DNA of 64,000 bases from NCBI RefSeq assembly GCF_009914755.1, contig NC_060944.1; one strand, written 5' to 3'. The DNA is from the human T2T-CHM13v2.0 reference genome, Homo sapiens. The first letter of the stretch is position 1. Each line of letters starts with the position of its first letter. The position numbers and the translations under genes are program-made. Of the stretch, positions 54,806-64,000 are shown piece after piece. The notes under the pieces are model-generated. The model saw only the letters and a program-made list of their open reading frames with translations, did no database searches and was not told the DNA's origin.

Positions 54806-54918
54806 ATATACACTGCAGCCACCCACCACAGGGGACTTTCCTGTTTTGCTCATTCCTGCCACCAACTGAAGAGTTACAGAAATAGCTCTGTTGTCTAAGG
54901 CAGCGCCACACTGCTCAC

Positions 54919-54996
54919 CTCATATTTATTAGGTGCGATGAAGTTTAAGGTCTCATCAGGGTCATACAGGATGGAGAAGGCCAATTCCAACACCTC
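54919..54996 (-). CDS. ELMO2: ELMO2 exon ([26 protein letters not shown])
   Basis: ccttcag|GAG ... GAG|GTGAGC, 78 nt, phase 0-0. Confidence 0.97.
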
Positions 54997-55404
54997 CTGA
55001 AGGAGAAAGGGTTTAAATTAGAGCGATGGAACAGCCTGGGGTCTGCACATCAAGATCTTGGCCAAAGTCCTAGTGACTCGGCATCATCACCAAACATGCT
55101 GATTCAGATGAATGTCATCAATGCTCCTAGGCGGCCACAAGTGTGGCTGGAGATGAGGCCCAGCATAAATCAACCTTAACTTACCCACTCCCTGCCCAAG
55201 TCACATCAAAGATGTTGTGATATTTTTAAGATTGGAAAAAAGTCATTTTCAACACTCAGAACCCTGGAAGGTCACGATCCATGACTGTAAGTTATCCTAA
55301 AAGTTTTTATATTACCAAGATGACTAACAACTTCTATCGTGCTGTATTTGGCATAGGAATGTCTTAACAATTAAAAAACAAAACAAAACACACACACACA
55401 CAAA

Positions 55405-55985
55405 ATTGGTCACTGTTGCATGATACCAAGGAACTAACTCATTATTTTGAAAGTAAGTACATAAAAGAAGAATCAGCATTTATTCTCGTTTCCTATATAA
55501 ACTGTACCACTGGGAAACCAATAGTAGATAAGGGCAAGTTTCATGGTTCAGCTCATAAATGAAAAGCAATGACTGCATCAAAATATCATGAGTTTGCAAA
55601 CCTTAGTTGACTGATGGAATGAGGCACTGAGCTTCAACAGTCTGCTAATTATCACAAAAGGAGAGACCACCAGACGTTATGTGCCTCTTGATAGAACATA
55701 ATACCACTGATGACACTGGCCAGGAAAAAAGTTAAACCTGAACTGGATCAAACCTCTAGATCCCTCTTCCAATGTACAGATCTGGGACAGAGGAACAAGT
55801 TAAACTGTACCACGGGGAAACAATCAGCAAAATTCAGATGCTAGGAAACTACCAAACAAGCAATCTGGTTCTTCAGCTAATAAACTGCAAAGGAAAAGAT
55901 GGTGGGGGATGGGGGGGCGGGGGAACTTATGAATTAAGAAACTTAAAAGACCAGTCTTAGACTCTGGTTTAGACAAGATGGGTAT

Positions 55986-56029
<44 letters not shown>

Positions 56030-56355
56030 CCATATAAACATTTATATATCTGTAGAGAAATTATGACATTTATAAGACAATTGGTAGAAAGTCACCATCA
56101 GTGGAATATTTGATCTGAAATAACTACTTTCATTTCCTGTTATGTGTGCTAATGGACTGGTGGCAATGTTATATACTATACGATGTACACTAAATATTTA
56201 CAGATGAAACAGTGTGATACTTGGGACTTTCTTCAAAGCGATAAAGGAGAGAAACAAGTGGATGGGCAGAACTGGCCATGGTTGCTGAGTCTGGGTGATG
56301 TGTATACAGAGGTTCCATCTATTTTTGTGTATGTTCAAAATTCTTAATAAAACAT
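55405..56355 (+). mobile_element. old L1M 3' fragment interrupted by a (TG)n microsatellite at 55988-56026
   Basis: AT-rich; AACCTGAA.TGGATCAA.CCTCTAGATC and TAAATATTTACAGATGAAA ... CTTAATAAAA end. Confidence 0.6.
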
Positions 56356-56464
56356 TCAGGAATAGAGAGGGGAAGATGCCAAGAATGCACCTGGAAAAAA
56401 CCACCACCAATGGCACTCTCCAAGTATCACTGGGCCAGCTACTCAAACTGGCCTCTCTACTCAC

Positions 56465-56547
56465 CTTGTTCTGTTTCAGAGCACTTTTCTCTTTCATGTG
56501 GGGACAATCTTTCCCAGTGACAATGGCCTTAATGTCTGCAACAGGAA
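56465..56547 (-). CDS. ELMO2: ELMO2 exon ([28 protein letters not shown])
   Basis: ttatcag|TT ... AAG|GTGAGT, 83 nt. Confidence 0.97.
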
Positions 56548-57373
56548 CTGATAAATGATGGGAATTAGTCTCTGGAAGTTCATGCTGCAAGCTGGTCAGT
56601 GCCTACATCAGTGCTGGAAGGGAGGTACTGGGGCAGATGCATAGGAAGCCTCAGCCCCAAACTCCAAGGGCTGCTGTATGAGCTCAGTGAGGGTGGTGGG
56701 GAGGATGGCCTTGTACTGTTCCCTCCGTCTTGGTCACTCCTGTAGACCACAGCCCAGTGAGGCTGTGTCAAAGCTAACTGAGGGTCACTTCAGGGCTCTT
56801 GGATTTATATCCCCAAGGAACGGGACCTTGGTGACTCCCTTCCCCTCTCCTTCACAATAATGGCGATGATGATGCCATCATCGCCAACAGCAGTGGCAGC
56901 TGCTAACAGTTATGCTGACTACCTGCCAACCACTCTTCTAAGTGCTTTGCATACATTACTCATGCAATCCTCTTAGGAGGAAAGTGTGGCTATTATTCCC
57001 ACTTTACAGGAGAAGAAACCAAGGCAGAGGGGAGAACTTGCAATTAATTAGAATTCAAGTTAATTAGGAGCAAAGCCAGGATTTGAATGTGGGCAGTCTG
57101 GCTTCACAGCTTCTCCTCTTAACTACTGCCTTTCGACTTAGTCATGTACCACCCTTTACAGTCTACACAATACATTCACACCTGTGAACTCATTGTTTCT
57201 CCAAACCACCCCACCGAGTAGGCCAGGTAGAGGAAATCGCTGACAGATAAGGAAACAGGTCCAGAGAGGTAACAGGTACAAGCCCAGATGATCAGCTACA
57301 AACAGCTGGACTAGAACTCCTGTCTCCTGACAAGTCCAGCAACCATGACACATCAACAGAGAAATGAACCTAC

Positions 57374-57481
57374 TTTTCTCCTGCAGGGATTCAAATGTCA
57401 CCTCCCCTTGTGGGTTGTCATCCAAGTCACCATAGTGAAGGACCTTGTGGTTCAGTGCCAACCGGCAGTACCAGAACCGTT
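57374..57481 (-). CDS. ELMO2: ELMO2 exon ([36 protein letters not shown]), PH domain
   Basis: ttccag|AA ... A|GTAGG, 108 nt. Confidence 0.97.
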
Positions 57482-57600
57482 CTGGAACACAAGGGAAGCC
57501 AAACAGGTGAGCAACGACAGTACTGGGAAAGGCCTGGGCACAAAAGGGGCCATCCAGGCAGGCTCTTCCCGGCACCAAGGATTGCCCCGTCTCCTCTCAC

Positions 57601-57713
57601 CTTGCCTTCGGCGGTTCCCAATCTTTCGGAAGCTGCTGCCCTCACAGAGCCGGTTCAGGCGCTGCTGCTTGATCAGCTCAAGGATCTCGGGCTGGATCTT
57701 CTCCCTCAGCTCC
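57601..57713 (-). CDS. ELMO2: ELMO2 exon ([37 protein letters not shown])
   Basis: ccccag|G ... G|GTGAGA, 113 nt. Confidence 0.97.
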
Positions 57714-57827
57714 CTGGGGTGGACACACACTGGAGTGAGCGGAAGGTCATGGGGACAGTGGAGCTCTGGAAGGAAAGCAGAGCTGGCAGCCACCTCCCCC
57801 GCCAGCCTCCCCTGAGATGGAACTTAC

Positions 57828-57991
57828 ACAATTGGCGGGGACTGGAAGTCATCCTGACTCATCCTCTCAGACTGGCGCAGTCGTAGAATCTCAGAGTAAC
57901 TCAGGCTACGCAATTTGCTCTTGAACTGATCCAAAGAGTTGGGTTTGGAGGGCAAAGCTCGAGTGATTTGCTCTCGGACGACTTGCATAAC
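57828..57991 (-). CDS. ELMO2: ELMO2 exon ([23 protein letters not shown]...DDFQSPPI)
   Basis: ctcttag|GTT ... GT|GTAAGT, 164 nt. Confidence 0.97.
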
Positions 57992-58384
57992 CTAAGAGGA
58001 GAAGAACCCAGCCAACTCACACCACTACTCTTGAGAAATGGACAGGCCTATTATGGAGCACCAAGGCTCTTTCCTGCCCCAGGGTCTTGAGCAGGGCAGG
58101 CACTACAGACATCTGCTGGGTGAGTAAGGTATACCTTCTTAGATGGTTATTCAGGTCACATGACTGACACTGATAGATGCTTTATTTCCCATATATTTCA
58201 ATTGGTCAATGGTGTGGGGGAAATGAGCATGGATTTTTGTAGTCAGAAAGAAATGGGTTCACATCTTGACTCTGTCCCTTCAGCAAGTCACTTAACATCC
58301 TTAGGTGTGCATCTACTCATCTCTAAACCGAGAGAAAGGAAGACACATCTCCTGATAGGTGTTGCCATAAAGAATATGAGATAC

Positions 58385-58670
58385 CAGCCGGTTGCAGTAG
58401 CTCATGCTTTGGGAGGCTGAGGCAGGCGGATCACCTGAGGTCAGGAGTTTGAGACCAGCCTGGCCAACATGGTGAAACCCCGTCTCTACTAAAAATACAA
58501 AAATTAGCCAGGTGTGGTGGCTCACGCCTGTAGTCCCAGCTACTCAGGAGGCTGAAGTAGAAGGATCACTTCAACCTCGGAGGTGGAGGTTGCAGTGAGC
58601 CGAGACAGTGCCACTGCACTCCAGCCTGGGTGACAAGAGTGAAACTCTGTCTCAAAAAAACAAACAAAAG
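58385..58670 (+). mobile_element. Alu (AluS-like, small 5' deletion), antisense in the ELMO2 pre-mRNA
   Basis: GGATCACCTGAGGTCAGGAGTTTGAGACCAGCCTGGCCAACATGG, poly-A. Confidence 0.93.
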
Positions 58671-59420
58671 AATAGAAAGGCAAGCGCAGTTCTGGCACGC
58701 TGTGGTGTTTTAAAAAAATGCATTGGTCCCCTTAAAACAACTATTAAAGAAAACAACAGGATACCACACTGCATGCGCAGTATGATCTTGCTAATGAAGG
58801 AAAAACCTGTAGGGGATAAAAAAGACTAGAGGAAAACAAAAATGTTTGTCACTGGATGGTGTAAATACAGGTAACTTTTTATTCTTTATACTTTCCAAAT
58901 TTTTTATGATGAGATGATCAACTTCAAAACACTCGACCCCTAGATGATCAGCTTTTGAGGGCCTGGCACAACAGTGCTCTGCATAGAGTGAGGACTGAAA
59001 GCACCGAGGGATAACTATCGATTAAGTACCCAGGGTGTGCACATCATGCCAGTCCACTCTTCTCTCCTAACCTTCCCAGTTCACAAAACTACAGCAGTAC
59101 CTGCACAGTAAGCACTCAATAAACCACAGTGAGTCTTCTAATGCTTATCCTCCTGACCTCTCTGGAGGACGGGAGGGACAGGTGCTAACTTCAATGGACA
59201 AATGAGGGCCTACGGCACCAAGTGGAAGACAAGCTCAAGGTCACAGAGGGAGCAACAACCAGATGGGGCTGAGGCTCCCCAGTGCCTCAGTCTTGTGACT
59301 CAGTTCTGCAGACCAAGCTGCTTTTCCAGCTCAGGGATTCTCCAGGTGCCAGCCAGCTGTCAAAGGCTGTCGTGTGATGGTCTCCTCCCGTGGGCCTCAG
59401 AGCAGCCCGGAGACACTGAC

Positions 59421-59557
59421 CTTGTTGAAGTCCTCTGCTGTTGCCCTCATCTCCTTCCAGGTCTTGTTCAACAGCTGGATGCAGATTCCAAAGAGCTCTT
59501 CAAAGGCTCGGTCATGGGTAAAGAACATCGGGTGGTAGTCATTGCGTCCTTCATTTG
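59421..59557 (-). CDS. ELMO2: ELMO2 exon ([23 protein letters not shown]...AEDFNK), ELM domain
   Basis: tccacag|CA ... AAG|GTCAGT, 137 nt. Confidence 0.97.
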
Positions 59558-59947
59558 CTGTGGAAGTGAAAAAACAGGGAGAAGATGAAGCCTCTGTCCA
59601 CAAGGGCCTGGGAGCTCATGTCTGGAAACTTTGCACCAAAGTCCCGAGGAACAAAAGCAGCCTAAGGCGCGCAATTAACAGGGAGCGTGGGATGGGCGTT
59701 TCTCACGTCCTTAGCTTTCTTCTCCAGGGTGCATTTTCTTGCCTTCCCTCTACCCTGTTACAGACTCAGCCAGCCCTTACCCACAGGCATGGGGTAGCTT
59801 TGGAATATGATTCAAATTGCCAGTTCAAACAAAGCAACAACCATGATTCCCATAAATAAGGATAAGATGGAATTATCAGCTGATGCAGTGATTTAAAACA
59901 AAAAACAAAATTAAAAACCCACCTAAGGTTGTCTAGTCCCACTGACA

Positions 59948-60262
59948 TCTTTTTTTTTTTTTTTTTTTAAGATAGAGTCTCACTCTGTCGCCCAGGCTGG
60001 AATGCAGTGGCATGACTATGCTCACCATAGCCTTGACCTCCTGACACAGTGATCCTCCTGCCTCAGCTTCCTGAGTAGTTGGGACCAGAGGCATGCACTA
60101 CCAGTTGGCTAATTTTTGGTTTTTTTTTTTTTTTTTTTTTTTTTTAGAGATGGGGTCTCACTATGTTGCCCAGACTGGTTTTGGACTCCTGGGCTCAAGT
60201 GATCCTCCTGCCTCAGTCTCCCAAAGTGCTGAGATTACAGGTGTGAACCACCACGCCCGACC
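59948..60262 (-). mobile_element. Alu (AluJ-like) with TSD CCCACTGACAT, sense in the ELMO2 pre-mRNA
   Basis: reverse Alu with expanded poly-T linker; TSD on both sides. Confidence 0.93.
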
Positions 60263-60352
60263 CCACTGACATGTAACTGTTTATAATTTTGAGTCTCACT
60301 GAGCTCTTGATGACAAGGAATGGCTGAAGAAGAGGGAGCTGCAGAGACTTAC

Positions 60353-60461
60353 GTAGTTCCCCAACCTGCAGGATTTCACAGAGCATTTTGGTGAGCTCAA
60401 TGGCACTGCGGCCAAAGGGGCATTCATGTTTGTCTTCCCGGCTACTGTTCTCCAAGACAAT
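60353..60461 (-). CDS. ELMO2: ELMO2 exon ([36 protein letters not shown])
   Basis: ccgacag|ATT ... C|GTAAGT, 109 nt. Confidence 0.97.
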
Positions 60462-60556
60462 CTGTCGGGGGAAGAGAAAGGGAGGATTAGGGAGATGAAG
60501 GAGGAAGGCAGGAGATGTGGCACCAGGACTGAGAAGGCCAGCTCCCCTGCCTTTAC

Positions 60557-60661
60557 CCGGATGTAGGTGTCCTGGTGGACTTTAGCCAAGTACAGCATGT
60601 TGTCCAAGGCCAGCATTCCAGGAGGAGTCTGGGTAAAGTCCATGGCTGGATTGATGTGGTT
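60557..60661 (-). CDS. ELMO2: ELMO2 exon ([35 protein letters not shown])
   Basis: tctctag|AAC ... CGG|GTAAAG, 105 nt. Confidence 0.97.
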
Positions 60662-61256
60662 CTAGAGAAATAAAGACACCCAATTTGAGATGCGGCAGTC
60701 TCCGTGTGTGCAGGGACCTGAGGGGATGCCCTCTCGCCTCTCCTCTTGATGCTGCTACCACTCAGCACCCACCTCTGTCCTAGCTCTTTTCACACCCATC
60801 ACCACCACTGAACTGTGAGCTCTTGAGTGCTGGACGGTGGCTGCCTCACCATGCATCCCAGAACCTACTTCACATGCTGCTGCACACTGAGTAGGTACGC
60901 AAGAAATACTTCTTCCAGTTAACCCCATCCTCAAGCCCTACTCTATCACAAAATATTCACACTAGCTTTGCAAAGAACCTAGCAGTTTGGGTAAGAGGAC
61001 AGGTCCCCTCTCTACCCACTCTAGCTGACCGCAACCCCCCTACAGATGGATTCGTTTCACAGGGCCAAACTTTGCACATAAACTCACAGACTCACCATCA
61101 ACAAAGCAAAGCAAGCATTAAAGCTCCACCAGCTTCCTAACTGTCATCTATTCCAGGGCCACCATGGGGCTGGTTGTCAGAGCTCTGTCTGGGTGGGACC
61201 ATTGACTTCCCATCAGGGGAGAGGGCCTACCACCGTCTATGCTCTGAGGTACTTAC

Positions 61257-61391
61257 GGTAAATCCCAGCATTTTGTAGTCCTTTGTGTACATGGCTTTGC
61301 GTTTTTCGGTCCCACTCCCAGGGGCATTGCTAGGATCAGACTCTGCGTCAAATGCAATCCTCCTCAGTTCAAATATGATGTCCCTTTGAGC
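61257..61391 (-). CDS. ELMO2: ELMO2 exon ([19 protein letters not shown]...YKMLGFT)
   Basis: ctcgcag|GCT ... ACC|GTAAGT, 135 nt. Confidence 0.97.
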
Positions 61392-61688
61392 CTGCGAGGT
61401 GAAACAGACAGTCAGCAGGTGAATCGGCTAACCAAGGGAGCAAGGAAAAGAAACAGTGGGTCAGGCTTTTCTGGGCCAAACTTTGGCCCCAATCAATCCC
61501 TTAGGAGGCATCACCTCTACCACAGCAGGACAGAAATGGGCTTGGCTCATGGTGCAGATCATGCTAGATTTTCTAGGGCAGATGCAAACTACTTCTGCAG
61601 ACAAAGACCAAGCACAGTGCCTGGCACATAGACTAAGGCTGGACTGCACCACAGCCATGAGAAAACAGCTGCCCCACTTAGCACCTAC

Positions 61689-61811
61689 CTGGTCATTGGG
61701 GTCCATCTTGGTCATCATCCTTTCTTCCAGAAGGTTAAAGGTTAGGACTTGAAGGACATATAGCTGATGGGCCATCTCAGTTTTGATGGGGCGGTTCCCT
61801 CGGATCACATG
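61689..61811 (-). CDS. ELMO2: ELMO2 exon ([41 protein letters not shown]); the gene continues beyond the right edge
   Basis: tttctag|CAT ... CAG|GTAGGT, 123 nt. The 11 exons in the window sum to 1356 nt = 451 aa + stop. Confidence 0.97.
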
Positions 61812-62837
61812 CTAGAAAAAGCACAGGCAGGGAGCAGGGGACTGAACTGATCTCTTTTAATGAAGGGCCACATCCATGCTAAGGAAAAGGAATGTATGTT
61901 GGGAAGGGAACAGAGCTTTCCTCCCACACACGAGGACTTCATATTCTAGAAGGCGATGGAGCATGAATGGGCTTGGTTCAGGCAGAGATGACTCACTGCA
62001 GGCCTGAAAGGCGCCATCCCTTCCTCTGCATTCCCCTGGGCAGGGGAAGCAGAGTGAAGGCAGGGGCTATACCCAACCACACCAGAAATGGGGGAGGCTA
62101 CTCCATCAAGGCTATGATACAGAACATTGGGGGCTGGACCTTCCTCCAATCAGGCATTTCACAGGCCTACTAAATGCAAAACAATAGATGGTGTGCATGG
62201 AGGCAGAGTTGTTTTTCCCTTAGAAAAATAAAATGTTTTGGATGGCTTCACCCAGCAGAGAGGCTTTGGGAAAGGCCATTTTCTTTCAATGATACTGAGA
62301 TAGCAACACAAAGGAGGAACAGTTCACTCTCCCACCAGCTCCCTCCCACGGCCCTCTCCTTCCTTCCTTCCTCTCACTTGTCCTCTCCTCTCTCCTATCA
62401 CTCTGTCCCTGCTCCCTGTGCCGCCCACACCATGTCCCTCTCCCTCCTGACTCTCCCTCCCCACTGTCTCTGTGCCCCCACATTCCCCTGTCGGTTCATC
62501 ACCTCCTCCTTTGTCCCTCTGATGCCCACACCCCACTTTAGGTCCCCTGGTCCTGTCTCATGTTCTGTCTCTGTCTTTCTCTTGCATGCTATGTCTCCCT
62601 CGGTCTGTCCTAGCTGATCAACCCTTGATTACATTCCTGTCTCTCACCATCCTGTCCTCACTCCCACAATATCCTGCTTCCCTTCTTGCTCCCTTGTATT
62701 TGTCACTCCCTCTGTCTCACCCACCATTATGAATCCTGTCCCTCTTGGTTCTTTCTTGCCCAAATGAGGCTCTCCTCCATTTTCCACATGTACCACCACT
62801 ATGTCCTTCAATTTCCCTACTCAGTAGCTCTGTCTCT

Positions 62838-63665
62838 AGGGCTGTGCTGTCCAGTATAGCAGCCACTAGCCATATGCAGCTATTTGCATTTAAATCAGTT
62901 AAAACAAATTTAAGTTGAAAATTTGGTTCCTTAGTTGCACCAGCCACATTTTAAGTGCTTAGTAGTCACCGTGGCTAGCGGCTACAGCAATGCAGATACG
63001 GAACACTTCCATTAACAGAGTTCTACTGAATAGCAATGCTCTAGAGCGCTCTGACTTTAGAGAGGTATCTGACTCAGTATCTTTTTAAAGCTCCTTCTAA
63101 CTTTGGATCAGCTCTCCCTAGAGTTTGCTCTGACTCTAGATCAATCTCTTTAGACCTGTGAGGTCCAGTTTGGTAGCCCCCAGGCCCATGAAATGTTGTT
63201 AGGCCAAACTGAGAGGTGCTGTGAGTGTAAATGCATACCGGATCTTGAAGCCTTAGTAGGAAAAAAGAAAATGTAAAATGTCTTATTAATAATATTTCAT
63301 ATTTATTACTTGTTGAAATGGTAACGTTTTCGATATCATGGGCTGAATAAAATATATTATTGAACTTAATGTCCCTATTCCTTTTTCATGCTGCTACTAA
63401 AATGTTTAAAATCATGTGCATGGTTTGGGTTCTATGTCCACTGGACGGTCCTGCTCTAGACCTCTTCCCCTACTGTGACTCCAGTGCTCTCTCCTTTTTC
63501 TAGCTGTTTCTCTAGATCTACACTTCCTAATACAGCAGCCATGAGCCACATACGGATATTTAAATTTAAAATGAAATTAAAATTACAAATTAGGTCCTCA
63601 GCCACAACAGACTTATTTAAAGTACTACACATGACTGGTGGCCACCATTGTGGACAGCACTTCCA
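62838..63665. mobile_element. cluster of three hAT-Charlie MITEs (MER3-like about 62838-63045, MER33-like about 63155-63455, MER3-like about 63515-63662)
   Basis: GTGCTGTCCAGTATAGCAGCCACTAGCCATATG and TTGTGGACAGCAC termini; MER33-type AT-rich core. Confidence 0.7.
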
Positions 63666-64000
63666 TAGCACATGCTAACATGCTGGAGTTAGGCCTCTGC
63701 CTGCATCCCTCCCTCCCTCTGAATCGGTGATCATGTCCAGTCCTGTAGCTCCCGCCCTGTCACAGGCACGCCCTCTGTCTCTTAAGCGTGAGATCGCTCT
63801 TCTTAGCTCAGTCTCACTGTTTCTTTCATCTCTCTAGCCTTACTCTCTTGTTCTCTGCTCTGTGCCCCCTGCCCCATAACTTCCCTTCCTTCCCACTCCC
63901 CCCAGTCTCTCTCATGGCCAGGGGCTCTTCCCTGCCATCGCCACTTCTTTTCCCCTTCACACCTCTTCCTTTGCCTCACTCTGAGGTTTTCTTCTCCACT

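Noticed and set aside
62300-62720. CT-rich stretch with a 147-aa ORF
   Set aside because: Low-complexity intronic pyrimidine tract with no coding signal.

Overview
Mammalian (human-like, Alu-rich primate) genomic DNA that I recognise as the chr20q13.12 SLC35C2-ELMO2 region. The right half has two minus-strand genes in tandem. SLC35C2 is complete: 9 coding exons that I assembled by hand to 1098 nt (365 aa plus stop), with a CpG-island/ETS promoter near 50.4-50.6 kb. ELMO2 contributes its last 11 coding exons (451 C-terminal aa) and its 3' UTR. The left ~35 kb has no credible coding exon. It is repeat-rich intergenic DNA with about ten AT-rich, homeodomain-motif-dense islands that look like conserved enhancers. 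From remembered gene order, the CDH22 5' end lies just left of the window; this is not visible in the sequence. I see no new protein-coding system, and nearly all ORFs in the supplied track are noise. The most notable observations are: (i) a 144-bp direct duplication shared by the last ELMO2 intron and the first SLC35C2 intron; (ii) an Alu whose linker carries a 78-bp copy of DNA from 1.1 kb upstream, plus smaller local copy events; (iii) a 132-nt 5'UTR intron in SLC35C2 that would switch a strong-Kozak uORF into a 29-aa N-terminal extension; (iv) a 17-unit intronic minisatellite rich in YCAY and cryptic AG; (v) inverted Alus flanking one ELMO2 exon. Repeat family names come from memory of consensus sequences, and repeat boundaries are approximate.
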